The notes under the pieces are model-generated. The model did not search any database and had not been told where the DNA came from. It worked only from the letters and a program-made list of their open reading frames with translations. A stretch of 64,000 nucleotides of DNA, from positions 18,346 through 82,345 of the forward strand of contig JAADVB010000062.1 in assembly GCA_023334545.1 (NCBI GenBank), written 5' to 3'. This document shows, one piece after another, positions 21,261 to 34,488 of the stretch; the stretch's first letter is position 1; the number at the start of each line of letters is the position of its first letter. Source of the stretch: Salisapilia sapeloensis CBS 127946 (Eukaryota > Protista > Oomycota). The position numbers were made by a program, and so were the translations under genes.

Positions 21261-23969
21261 CTAGAAGATGAGCTGGTTGCCACACGTACGGCAGAAGCGC
21301 GCAACGTCCGGGTTCTGCGTCCCGCAAGTGCACAGACCAGGCGTCGACTTGGCCTTCGACTTGCTCTTTTCTCGCGACCGACTGGAGCTGCTCTTGCTCG
21401 AGGAAGACGAGTGGCCAGAGGACGAGTGCGACTTGCCCGGCGGCGACTGTCTCCCCGGCCGCGACTTGTCCTTTTGCTGCGACGGAGGGTACTCGACTAA
21501 ATAGGACCCTGGGACATAGCCTCGACGTTCGCCGATATCTACGAGCCACCAGCCATCGTCGTCCTATCCAGGCACCAGTTCGTCACCTGATTTCATACAT
21601 GATACATCATGAAAAGTACCTTTTGGAGGATGGACACCTGCTCTCCGGGGTACATTGTCAGCTGCGTCTCATCCTATCGACACGACGTTAGGTTCCCGAA
21701 ACGCATATGACATATAAGAGCATGTACCATAGCGTCGAACTGGTAGCCGACCATGCCACGACTGACGACTGGCAAGTGGGACTGCGATCGGAAAGATTCG
21801 GCTGCAATCGCCTTTTGTTTACAGCCGCCGCATACAGCCTCCGCGTTGTGTTCAAAGAAGCTCTCTGTCAAACGATACATAATCAGCTCATGCACCTCGT
21901 CACATATATCCAATGGCACATACCTGAGAGCGATCCGTTGCATTGGAAGCACAAAAAGCAGTCTGGATGGTACAGTTTCTCCAACGCCTTGACCACTTTG
22001 CCCTTGAGTCCCTTGTTGCACCTACAGCAGCGCTTACCAAAGCGACTCTGGTAGCACTTTTGATGATACGCTTTGCCTTCTTTCTCCGCGTACCCTTGCT
22101 CGCCACGAATGACCTGGCGGCAGTAGCTGCACTTGAAGCACTGCAGGTGGAAGTACCCGTTCAAGGCACCGATAGCTTCTCCTTCCAGCACCTTTCCACA
22201 CGCAGCGCACTCCTCTTCTTCCTCTTCCACCTGTCCCTCGTGCTCGTTGCCGACACCGATCTCGACTTCCTCTTCTCCAAAGCCTTCGGAGAGCTCACTC
22301 ACTTCCGACAGTCGGTCATTCTTGTCGTTCCGACCGTTGTTGAACGCGTCAATGTTTTCTAAATCAAGTACTTGACTCAGTCGCAACGAATCACGGCCAG
22401 CACTGCCTGCAGACGTACCAAGCTCACTATCCAAGTCGCTCTCGCCCGATAGCCGGTCACTCTGGGACGCATAACCATCCACCATTGCATTCAAGTCAAA
22501 CTCGCCAAGATTCTGCAAACTCTGACGATCAGGAGAGCTCGACGGAGGAGCAGGAGCTCCTCGCGCACGGTCCTTGGACGATCCGCGACTACGGTGGATC
22601 TTGACTGCTTCCTTGGCTCGGCGATCCGCCTCCTCGGCCTCTTTCGCTTTGCGCTCCGCTTCTCTCTGTGCCTCTTCCTCCGCCTCCTTCTTGGCGGCTG
22701 CCTCCTCTTCCTTCTTCCGCTGGGCAGCTCGCTTAGCCTCTTCCTCCGCCTCGATACGCTTCCGCTCGGCCTCCTCGGCCTCCTTCCTCTTCCTCTCGGC
22801 CTCTTTCTCCTCCCGTTCTCGACGTTCCCGAGCTTCAATGCAGTCGGTACAGACGAGCTTGTCGTTCTCCATCGACCCCTTGCTCTCTGGAACCTGCTTC
22901 TCACATTGGGAACAGATCATACAGAGTTTATGGAAGTGGACGCCGCCAGCCTTGTAGACTCGACCGAGGATCTCCTTGTCACACACGCGGCAGTGGTACA
23001 CCTCCTGTGCGCAGTTGACATGGTACGCCTTCTTCCGGATCAACTGGAACTCGTCGTTTTCGCCAATGACTTCCCGACAGCCTTTGCAGAGGAGACACAC
23101 TTCATGGAAGATCTCGCCTTGACACGTGCCAGTGCGTCCTAAAATCGTTTCTTTACACGCATGACACTTCTTCAATTTACGAATCGTAGGGTTCCACTCT
23201 GCTCCGTCGTTGGCTTTGGCATCCACTTGATCAGGCGCAGAGGAGTGACCAGTGAAACCCAAAGGACTGTCGTACTCAACATTGCTCTCTAAACTACTGG
23301 CTGACTTGATCTGATTGAGTCTGTCGAAACTCTGGTTAGAAGCGTCTCGAGCTTTGCGCATGTCTTCGTCGCTCGCATTGACGCTACGAGCGAGGAGGAC
23401 GTACGATCCTGGCACCAATCCTTTTTCATCATCTTTCTCGACCAGCCACCAGCCGTCCGAGTCCTATAGAGTGCTATTAGATTGTATAAATGCATTTTAA
23501 TTCGTAAAAAGAACGTACTCTTCGGATGACGAGGAGTTCGTCGCCCTTGGAGAGCGGGAGTTGCGTCTCCTGATCTTGTGGAATGAAATTAAATTGGGCT
23601 GTAGCCTTCAATTTTTCCTGTGGAGGAGGCACGAATGGACCTCTGCATGAAAAACCATGATAAGATGCTGATGAAAAGGTATCCGACATATAGGACGCAC
23701 CCCCAGGATTTTTGTCGTAGCTCGGGGTCCAAGAAGGCGGACGGTAATTTGGGGTTCTCCATAGCTTGCCACCGAGTTGCGGAGCTCACCATCTTCTCAC
23801 CGCACTTTGTACACAAGTCTTCGTTCTCTCCTACCTCTCCACATCTGCACCGGTGCATTGTGCCATCGTTAGTTGTATGCACATCACAAGACAAATACAT
23901 CATGCATAGACGCAGGTTGAACTAGCACAAGGTGATGTGTATAGCTTACTTTGTGCAAAAGATCGGCAT
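21261..23969 (-). CDS. Zn-ribbon / SH3 / 4xLIM / SH3 / Zn-ribbon adaptor protein, multi-exon
   Basis: A 20-nt first exon plus intron 23845-23949 gives MPIFCTKCG...CTKCG. Then SH3 (GWWLVEK...GLVPGSYV), four CxxC..H..C..CxxC LIM domains, a second SH3 (GWWLVDI...GYVPGSYL) and terminal CTCG...CRTCG. Confidence 0.82.
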
Positions 23970-24585
23970 CGTGGCAAAGCAAAGGGTGGTCGAGACGAGG
24001 GCGGAGGCGGACGGCGGGTGCCTCTCAAGTCGATTTTGCAATTGTTAGTGCTGTCTGTCTTGCGTTGCTGCTGCAACCTTGCTGCAACATGGCAACAATG
24101 CTACAACCACTTGTCATCGAGGAAGTCGTCGGCTTGAAAGCGACTTTCGCTGACGTATAGCACTTATTTCCCTTTCTTTCTACAATGTAGTGATGACAGT
24201 AGGATGTGGGAGATGTATGGTGGAAGGTATATCCATCGCATGGCTCAGGAACACGAATAACATTGGAAGGAAAATTATGTTGAGGACAGGCATTCCAATA
24301 TTGACTAGCAATGACATCGGAGGGAAGAAGAGGCTAGTTTGACTAATTAAATGCAGCCCGTCGTTACATAACTTTCTTACCAAGCATTTGCGCATGCGAC
24401 TCGATCGTTCGCAACGCGTTGATCGAAGTCGAGACGTAAGCAATGTCCGGACACCTAAGTGCATGTACCAGTGTATCACTGTACTCGTTAAGACAGTCCA
24501 AAATAAAACACATGGTATCAAGTACTGAGCTACTCGTATATATGCACTATCAACAAAAGCTGGACACTAAAAACGAAACGCTGAC

Positions 24586-26612
24586 ATGGATCGATTGGAG
24601 ACCATCGCGCCCGTACTTGCGCCCATTGGAGCCTGCATCCGTTGTATCCAGCGGTTTGCGGGTGTAGAGGAAGTCAGTGCCTACAAGTATATCTTTTGCT
24701 TTGTGATCATTCTCAGCGTGCGCTCGATGAAGCGCTCTTATCCACTCAAACCCTAATTTTGCGCATTTATCTGTGCAGATCATTATCGACAAAAGTCGAA
24801 GAGCTCATTCAGTCAATCCATAAGGATACTTGCATACCCGAAGATACAAACGGTGTGCAGCGACACCTATCCTGTTTCTATCTTGTCTAATTTGCATTCC
24901 ATTCGCAGTGTGCTCCGTTTGCTTTGGCATCCTAGAGCCAGCTTTTTGCCTCAAGACCATCGAGCAACTGAAAACTCGACTTGAAGCAGGGTACAAAAAG
25001 CATTATTTCAGAGACGCGACCTTGACAGGTATACTTATCGAGGCTGTGGTACAGATCGTACGATGCAGACACCTTTGCCTTGAATCTGAAAATCCCCAGT
25101 GCCGTCCTACTGCGCGAATATTCCATTCGCGAGCACTTAAAAACTCAGCTCGCAAGTGGGAGTATTATTCAAAACCCCTTTGACCTGAAGGAAGTGCTTC
25201 GGGTATATGTTCTTGTTACTTGACAACAACACTTCACCACGCCTGACTACTCGCTTATCGTATACAGGGAATGATCTCCGACGATATATCCACTGCCCTG
25301 AACGGCGCGATCTGCGTCAGCAAAAGCGAGTTTAATGTTTTGATTGAAGTCACACACAACGAATCTGCTGACGAAGTAAAGCAGATCCCAGCAGTCAAAG
25401 TACCTTGAACATCATCCAACGTTACTGCTTCTGTCTGACATAATATTTAATGTAGACGCAGCTAGAGTCCAGTAAAAAGCGACGCAGGGGTCCACAACCA
25501 GTGCTGGACGGCTTCGGCACGGTCTCTCGTGCTATTGCTGCCCTGACGACAATGCCAGAGACCATTGTCGTACGTTTCCATACAAAAGATATTACCCTGC
25601 CTATTATTCTAACTGGTCATGCATGCGAATAGTGTCCTCCAGGTAAAGTCTTAACTACTCCAGCTGCCAACATCAAGTTGGAACGCGATCCGGTGTACCT
25701 CCAAGGTCGCTACATCAAGTACGAACGAGGGTTGAGTCAAACGCCGTGGGTTATTGATGGCGAGCGCATGGGCGAATCGTCTGTGGAAGAGAAGATTGGC
25801 GACCTTGCTCTTCCCTATTTTAATGGAGGCTCATACAAGTTCCACACTGCCGGACGGGAAGATGTGGATGTGCGGATGCTTGGCAATGGTCGGCCATTTA
25901 TCCTTGAAATCATAGGTGCGTCATGCTTTCTAATTGCAAACATTCTAATTGCTTACGACTGGCTGTGGGTCGTGTGTAGATGCGAAGAAGACCAAGCTAA
26001 CGAGTGAAGACTACCAAGGCATCCAGCACATTGTGAATGGAACGAATGGTATGAGTGTGGAGATTCGAGACGTGAAGCGTGCTACGAAAGAAGATTTCGT
26101 CAACCTTCAGTCTGGAGCTGACACTAAACGAAAGACGTATTGGTACGTTCAATCTACGCACATGTCCATCCTCCATCGTCGTCTGACATTGCATGGATGA
26201 CTAGTTGCGTCGTGTGGTCTGAAAAGGAACTTACGTCCGAAGCGTTGGCGAAGCTGGATGGCATCCAGGATCTCGTAGTGCAGCAAGAGACTCCCGTCCG
26301 AGTGCTTCATAGAAGAACGTTGATGACGAGACCGAAGGTCATTCACGATGCCAAATGCGAGCTGATCAACAAGCATTACATGCTCCTGCGTATTACGACA
26401 TCAGCTGGAGCATACGTGAAAGAGTTTGTGCACGGTGATCGCGGACGGACGCAGCCAAACGTCGCTTCCATCCTCGTACGTGATCCATTCTAGTTTTTCA
26501 ACTGTCATGCAGTACACTCAGCTCTTTGTAGAATTGCGATGCCGACATTCTTCAACTCGATGTGGAGAATCTGTTAGACACGACAGACGAAACATCTACG
26601 AAAGTGGAATAG
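24586..26612 (+). CDS. PUS10: tRNA pseudouridine synthase Pus10, multi-exon
   Basis: N-terminal CIRCIQRFAG, CSVCFGIL, GRYIKYERGLSQTPW, catalytic FHTAGREDVDVRMLGNGRPF, AGAYVKEFVHGDRGRTQP, and DADILQLDV. Confidence 0.9.
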
Positions 26613-26638
26613 GTAGGTATGCAGAGCACAACGTTCCT

Positions 26639-29600
26639 TTATACGCTGCTCGAAGTGCTTGGAAATGCTAATGAGTCGTACTGGGATTCATCCCAGAGCT
26701 CTCCAGCCTGTTCCAGCAATTTTTGCGCTTCTTTAGGTAAATAAGACATCGCATTGGCTTTCACTTCCTTCTTGTCGTCATTGCTACGTGCTCCGTCGGA
26801 TGACTGCTGAAGCATCTGAAGCACCTGAGTCGTGTTCGCATTCGCACTAGCTTTTGCCTCTGTCTCTTTGATAGTAGTGTTCGCCACTCGCTCTTTAAAC
26901 GCCTGTAGATTGACAACATCTTGCTCGATCGAGTCCTTTGTGATCAAACGGAACACTCGTACAGTACGCTTTTGACCAAGCCGATGCGTTCTGTCCATAG
27001 CTTGGAGGTCCACGAATGGGTTCCACGAATGCTCTAAGAAGATGACCGTATCAGCTCCGGTGAGCGTCAAGCCCAACCCACCAACTTGCGTCGTCAACAA
27101 GAGTAAATCGATGGACGGATCACGATTAAAGCGATCAACAATCTCTCCACGCTTGCTCGATTGCGTCTCCCCATCCATTCGTGTGAAAGTTACTTTCGGA
27201 AGAGCTTCCTGCAGTAGTTTTTCCGTCAAATCTAGCGTCTCTCGAAGCTGTGCAAAGATCACACATCGATGCAACGAGCCGACATCCTGTTCGTCCTTGT
27301 CGCCTAGTCCACATGAATCGACAAGAACGTCTCGTAGTCCGACCATCTTGCAGGAGCTTTTCCAAGACGTTAGATCTTTTCTATTGCTCGCTGATACGCA
27401 ACTGACGAGTGCCTTTTGATGCTGAACTAGTGCAGGATGTACGCAGACTCTCTTTAGTGTCTGAACTCTCACCAACGGTGTCTCCGTCCACTCTTTCTCA
27501 GACACCACTTCCATCAGGCGCTGCTGGATACCTGAAGGAGGTAACAAGACATCCGAGATGATCTTTGGCGGCAAGTCCTGTAGCACCTGCGTCTTCGTTC
27601 TTCGGAGTATAAAAGGCAATACGCTTTGGTGGAGCTCATTGATGGCAAGTGCTGCTGCCTCCTTTTGCTTCCCGCTTGCAGCATGCTCCTTGGACTTGGC
27701 AATCGGCGTTGCAAATCGCTTTCGGAACGATGCATTGTCGCCTAAGTACCCTGGCATAAGGAACTCGAATGCAGCCCATAGATCTCCGGCTTGGTTTTGT
27801 AGTGGAGTGCCGCTGAGTGCGAGACGATGCTTCGACCGAAGACTAGTGACAGCTCGGAAGAGAGCAGTGTTGGGGTTGCGGATCACATGCGATTCATCCA
27901 GAGCTAGGAACTCGTACTGGAACGACGACATAAAGTCGAGGTCGGATCGAAGTATTGCATACGTCGTTACAACGAGACATGTGCCAGCACCCGACTTGAT
28001 ACTAGATCGCAAACGCTTTCGAGTTGACGCAGGTCCAGAATAATCTACAACCTCATCAAAGATATCGTCTGCTATGCGATCAGAAACCTCTTGGATCCAG
28101 TGGTAGACAACGCTAGGAGGGCAAATCACCAGACAAACAGCGTTCTCTCCTCTTTCTTGGACCTTTCGACAGCATAATGACATTGCTGCAAGTGCTTGTA
28201 GAGTCTTTCCTAGACCCATGTCGTCTGCCAGAATACCATGAAGTCCATTGGACGTTAGAAAGTGGATCCAATCGATACCATGCTGCTGGTACTTGCGCAA
28301 TTGAACGCCACTCTTCAAGACGGATGTAGTGTCCACTGCCTCAATCGCATTCCCTTCCAACAGGTTTTCAAGAAACTGACGTGATGTCTGAGTCTCACTC
28401 ACAAGTGTCTGTAGCTCTTTCGAAGCCAGTGTGGATTGAGATGCAGACAAGTCTTTCCGAAGGGGAATGAGAGGGACTAGAGCTGAAAACGTTTTCGACG
28501 CTCGTTTCCGGATGCCTTCCTCTTGAGCGCCCATGAGCTGCATAGCAACGTGCACTAGAACTGGAAGATAAGGCAGCAATGTGCTGCCTTGAGCAGATAC
28601 AAGGCGTTCTAGTGCAAAGACTCCACCTGACGTAGGCAGTACGTCTCGAATCAAAACTAGCATGCACTTTTCCTGCCACTTGCTTACAGCAGCACAAATG
28701 CTTGCCAATGCACTGGCGACGCTTTCCATAGTTGTCATCAGTATGCTTGGTGTGTCAAGTACAACTGCCATGTTTTCCATCCACTTCAAAAGCTTTTCGC
28801 CAATGGAATCGCCCAAAGCAGTCGCAAGCAGCTCGATGATACGCATACTTTGACAAATGTCCACGTCCGTACTGCTCCAGGCTTTATCAACAAACGTCTC
28901 AATAACACTACCAATAACAATAACCTCTTTGACAGTTCTTTCACATAGACAAGAGATCGCTAAGTCTGCACCTCGCACACGCACGTTTAACGTATGCTGC
29001 AAGTCTTTGCTCAGTACTGTTTTATCAGCACTGGCCTCGTGTTTCACCTTAGCAGTAGCGTTATTGCAGAGGTTCGACAAGAGTTTCGTCACGCACTTTG
29101 GTTGCGTCTTTGCTTCTGAATGTATAAATTCTGCCAATACAGACGCAGAAAGAGATTGCAACGCTTCTTCCTCCTCTCCTTTAACTGCATCCATAAGAGC
29201 AGAGACTAGAAAGCCGCTCTTCTTGGTTGGCAAAGGCAGCAAGTGGACGTATGCAAATGTGCCAGTGCTCTTGATCCGCATCTCCATCTTACTATATCGG
29301 CTTTGGATCGACTCATCAAGGAGGAATAGATCTTGACGCTTGAAATGAGCAGTGTCGAACGCTCTTGGATCATGCGCAAGTGAGTCGAATGGGAACGAAG
29401 CGACGTGCTCAGCTACTTTTCGAGAGACAGTAGAGGCTAAACGGTCAGACTGCGTGGAACAAGAGTCGACTTGCACTCCTGTCTTTGTGAATACCTCTAT
29501 AATACGCTCTTCCATAATGCGTTCACGATGAAGTGCTCCCTTAATCTCTTCATACAGTATAACAGTACCAGGAGGCTGCCACTTCTTTCTTGCTAGACTC

Positions 29601-31896
29601 TCAATAGTATCTCCCACCGCATTCTTCAGCTCTGAAAGCCTTGCAAACTGGCCCAATAACTGACAACGTTGAGCCCAGAAGCCAGTAAGCAATAGGGCAC
29701 TGCTCAATTTCTTCCCATTCGAAGAGGATAGGTGGGAGGATAGAAGAGAAAGAATGTTATCGACATTTGATTCTTCCATTGGAATGGTTGACAGCAAAAG
29801 ACCAAGAGCGTCTGCCAACTGAACATACGTGGGCGTATCATCGTACAAACCGCGCGTATCTACTTCTGCCTTCTCCACTATCCTGTTATCTGTATCTGAT
29901 GCCACGGAAGGAATAGCCACTGCGCATGCTGCCTCTTTCGTCCACAAGAGCTCTACCCATGCTAGTACATCCATCTCTTTCACTCTGGCGTTGACAACTA
30001 TCCGTTCATATGCATCTTGAAGCTCCTTCCTTATCAACTTGTCTTCTTCCTGTACAAGCTGGAGCAACATGTGTGGAATCGCAATCTCAGTAAAAGCAGT
30101 TAGATCCTTACTCGTTTCAACATTTGATCCGAATATTGCACCAAGACACTCCAACATTGCCTTGCGCACACTTTTCATCTCGTGATGGACAAGTGGAATA
30201 GCCACGACCATTGTCGTCCACATGATACTTGTGCTCCCATCTACCAACCACAAGCCATGATGATACCAAGCATTCAGAGCTTCCACGACAGCTGCGGCAA
30301 TGACACCAGACTGATGCTCTTGTAGTCTCATCCACAGTAAATTAGACGCTTCTTCCACTACATCCTGATCAACGTTCTTCATAAACGGAGTGAAATCCAG
30401 TAGCATCCAAACGGCAACCACAACGACTTCTTCCTCCGCTTCATCTGCGGAACTGTTCAATGAAGATAACACGTCCGACATGACCGTCGGTACTATACTG
30501 TCGGCCATATATGTGTGTGCTAGAATCAAGTAGCGCAGTCCAAGCAGCCCACCGTGCCGCGCATGCCACGTGGGTCCCTGTACAACTTTGCGAAGGACAC
30601 GCAAGTAGTCCAACATGAGTTTCTCAGACTGGAACGTACCAAGAAGGATGCCCAAGACTTGTGCACACACTTGACGCACGGGAGCGACAGCACCGTCTGC
30701 AGAGTAGTCTACGAATTGATCCAGACCAAGTACGCAAATGCATCGCACGAGACATTCCTCTATCCATGCGTCCACTATCGAGTACGCCTGACTTTCTTCT
30801 CGTTTATGAGTGGTGTCGGAAGAAAGAAATATTTCACGTATGGACAGTAGAGCACCATGGCGCACTTCCCATTTAGAGTCAAAGATACACTCAAAGAGAT
30901 CTGCTAATAGTGCAGCCAATGATTTGCGCATTTCACTACAGTCGTCATCCCCCACGAGGTCACTCCTATCGTCTTCTTTACGCTTTCTTTTCCTAGCGTC
31001 GAATGATAAGTCATCCTCTGCGCTGCGCTTCAAAGACGTTTCTATCAGTTTAGAGGCATCTACTTGGTCTGCTTTTGTCCTACTTTTCTGCTCTATTTCT
31101 GCTTTCTCTTCACCCTGTTCAATATCCTTTGCCAACTCTTTCATGTGCTCCCGGTTCAACTGAGGCAACATTGACTGAGCCAACGCATTCTCCCTTGACT
31201 TCCAAATATCTGCTTGGCTGCCACAGATTCGCTTTAAAAGCAACCGGCGTTGTCGAAAAGCATACTTCTTCCGCTCCTCCTCGGTCCGACTGGCCTCATA
31301 CTCGTATTCCTACTCGTTTGCATTTACACATTTAGGTATTTTACTCATTGAATCGATCTACATAATGCGCACTTCTCCTCCACTGCGCAAAAGTGGTGCG
31401 CCAGAATGAATGACCGAGTCGAACGGTACATTTTTCAAGCCGAGCCCAGCTTCAACCTGTTCTCCCACTAGTTCTCGCCGTTAAATACACAGGAGATGCA
31501 AAGCTACCAACATCAAAAATTATATACATGACGTCGTTGCGAACAGAAGTGTTGCATTGCAAGCGTCTGGATGAAAAATGGACTTGGAGATAACTTTTAA
31601 ACACGTCGCAGCAGCTTCCCTCGTCTCCCACTCTGAATGAGTGGTAAGCGGACGGACCTGCTCTAGAATATAGTTCCCTGCACTGGGATATTGCAGAACC
31701 ACCTGACCAAGCGCTTCTGCTGCATTCTGTCTTATCTGGCCTTCACTCGCCTCTACGCTCCAATGAGGAAAGATAAGTGAGCTAGATCAGTCACTTCATG
31801 CATCTTCTTTATGCCTATAGAATGCATGTGTCGGTGTGTACCTTGCATGAGATGCAGGAGACTATCTGTACGCGTAGAACTCGGTAAATCGGACAT
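26639..31896 (-). CDS. BTAF1: TBP-associated SNF2 ATPase BTAF1/Mot1
   Basis: Spliced N-terminus RTDSLLHLMQEASEGQIRQNAA; WEVRHGALL, DQFVDYS...APVRQVCAQ, GILADDMGLGKT, DESH, and DLQAMDRTHRLGQKRTVRVFRL. Main exon 26639 to about 31300. Confidence 0.92.
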
Positions 31897-32041
31897 CGGA
31901 CCCGAGTCTTCCTAGAGCTCAATTCGTTGCGCGAGTTCGTGTTCTAGAGTGGTACTAACAAGGTACAAACGTCGTGGACAAGAGCACCCCACGGTGAAGG
32001 ATGCTCGTCCGACGTCCCTCACAATCGATTTCGCCAAGTGC

Positions 32042-32900
32042 ATGATGGAGAGGACTGCACTGGAAGTGACGTGGGTCATCTACGATCCAGAGGATCCATT
32101 CGGTGCAATCCTAGCACTCATCACCTTGTCTCCAGTGTATGTTATCCGTAGCTCTCTTTCCGTATCATCTTGACGAACGTGTACCTCTTCGATGTAGATA
32201 CATCATGGTCATGTACGGAACGCTGGTGGTCTTTCAGCGAGACTTGGACAACATTTTCATGCTCATCGGACAAGTAACTACCTACCGTATCTTTCGAAAT
32301 ACCAATGTACTTATGAATCTATAGTTAACGTCCGAAGGCATTAACAAAGTGCTGAAGACGGTGTTAAAACAAGAACGACCGAGCATCACCGGACTGAGTG
32401 GACATGGCATGCCTTCATCACATGCACAGTTCCTAGGATTCTTTGCTGCATACGTTGTCCTATACACTTTAAAGAGGTACCTATCTCCTGTCTATCAACA
32501 TGGATCACAACTTATGACAAGCCTTCCAACAGGATGAGTAACCAGCGCCGAGCGGAGAAAGTCTTGACGATCATTTTCGTACTGTCGCTTGCAGCTACCG
32601 TTGCCTTCTCTCGCGTACACTTGGGATACCACTACACCAACCAAGTGGTCGTCGGGCTCATCGTCGGCGTCTGTCTCGGAGTTTTATGGGAAGTGCTCAT
32701 GTCCAAGGTACGTCCACAAAGTCCTGTTGACATTACTCCATTCCTTACATGGACTGCAGATACTCCGGCCGTATGTATTCCCAAAGATCGCAGCCACCAG
32801 CCTCGCTCGTGCCTTTTACATTCGAGACATCACGTCCATCCCGTCCGACCTCGTCATCCTCCAGTACGAAGCAAGCGAAAGTCAAAAGAAAACACAATAG
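32042..32900 (+). CDS. DOLPP1: Dolichyldiphosphatase (PAP2 family), multi-exon
   Basis: VTWVIYDPEDPFGAILA, KTVLKQERP, GMPSSHAQF, and SRVHLGYH. Confidence 0.85.
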
Positions 32901-32962
32901 ACGCATGTGAGATGAAAAAGAGTTCCAACGGCATATATATAAATCCAAAGCTTGCATGCAAA

Positions 32963-34317
32963 TCAAGTGCTCGTTGGAACGTCCGAGTTGCCGCTATAGT
33001 CCACACAAGACCGACGAAAGTTCTCAGCCCACATCTTCTCAAACAGTTCTCTCTCGTGCGGCGGCTGCGGTGGCCGAAGCTCCTTGGGCAATTGCGCCGG
33101 CGGACGGTACTCGACTGGATCACTCGGTCGACTGTTCACCTTGCCATGGTAGCCTCCTAGGAACTCTATCACGGTCGTCGGATCCGTGCTTTCGTATAAC
33201 AGCTCTCGAATAAATTTCTCCAGTGAAATGCACTTTTGGTGGAGGTACGTTGGGTCCAACCGATTGAACCATCGCGTCTCGATGGCGTTCCAGGCCATGC
33301 AGCTCCTAGGTGTCTTCTGCTGGTCGAGTTTCTTGGCCAACTCGCCAAATTCAGAGTACCGGCGCCAGTCTGCGAACAGATCTTTCCCCAGTTTGAACGT
33401 CACGAGATACTGCGCATGCCGATCGACGCCGGCCCTGGACTGGACGATCCGGAACTTTGGGATGGAAATGGCAGCTTGCACAACCTTGGCGTTGCCGTCG
33501 TCGGACACGATGTTAAATGTTTTATGACCGGCCGTGTACCTCGAGTTCATCTGTTCGTCACCGAGGACGTGCAAGGAGCCGCCACTGACGTCGCCAAGCA
33601 GTCCCAAGTCGGAGCTTAGCTTTCGTCTCAACGACGTTGGCTCATTTCCACCGCCCCAACTCTCGCCGCTCGAGTCAATGTCGGCAAACCATCCCCAGTC
33701 CGCGCTTCCTTCCTTGCCGCCGCTCATGTACGAAGACGACCTCGAGCGCATCCCGCCATCTACATGTACATGCAATAGCAATGTAAGAATGAGACAATAT
33801 TTTCGTACAAACGTGATCGGCACGGAGTATACAACACCAGGCAACGTGACGTTGCAGTCACGTGCTTAGAATGAGTATACACCGTGCGATCGGCACCCGA
33901 CTCGGGTACTGTATGTAGGTACACCAGGTGTCGATCTTGAAAGGAAATAGGCTTACGGAAATGGGCGTGGGCGCGAAGGAGGTCGCTCTTGACAGCGCGA
34001 CTGTCGTACGTGTTCATGTAGGTCGCGATGACGTCTACACCCGGACGAGCACGCGGTGTCTTGCTCGAGACTGCAACCGAAGGCACCGAGTAGCTGAGTG
34101 ATACAGGCATGTACGCGTACGTGTCTGGTGATGTGGATTGAGTGGTTGCTGCCGTCGCGAAAGAGCCGAGGGAATGTTTCCGTACTTCCGGATCGTCAAA
34201 GGCGAAGACTGCCGAGACACTTTCGTGCCACTTGACGTACGGCAGCGATTGCGTGTCGGTCGTGTCTTCCGAGTCTGTGTGTACATGTCTTGTGTGGTCT
34301 TCCATTGCTTGCCGCAT
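32963..34317 (-). CDS. PX (Phox homology) domain protein, 2 exons
   Basis: HAQYLVTF...WRRYSEFGELAKKL...LEKFIRELL. Phase-1 intron 33760-33956 joins the upstream Ser/Thr-rich ORF in frame. Start codon uncertain. Confidence 0.72.
33815..33891. other. Intronic inverted repeat / long hairpin
   Basis: Arms 33815-33832 and 33875-33891 are complementary (1 mismatch, 1 bulge). Inner stem ACGTGAC 33844-33850 / GTCACGT 33857-33863. Confidence 0.6.
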
Positions 34318-34488
34318 ATTGCGAGCGCGGCGCCACGGGACCGGAGGATTCGGTCGCTGTAGACACAGGCTTTGGCCGATCGTGCCCGACAAGGTCTCCT
34401 ACTGCTCTTCGCTGTCTGAAAAAGGAGATTCTGGTGCCGCAGACGTAGACCTGGTATATAAGGCTGCAGCTGGGTACAGTGCGATCTT

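Noticed and set aside
21260-21720. In-frame stops in the second SH3 (possible readthrough)
   Set aside because: Explained by two short GT-AG introns giving a canonical SH3.
24180-24521. 113-aa hydrophobic minus-strand ORF in the divergent spacer
   Set aside because: Non-ATG start, no recognisable motif and no convincing splice model. It cannot be supported without expression data.
24550-24792. Minus-strand ORF thought to be an exon of a small gene
   Set aside because: Overlaps the true first exon of PUS10 (CIRCIQRF) on the plus strand.
31740-31810. Apparent frameshift at the BTAF1 N-terminus
   Set aside because: Resolved by GT-AG intron 31753-31841 and an upstream ATG at 31896, giving a Mot1-like N-terminus.
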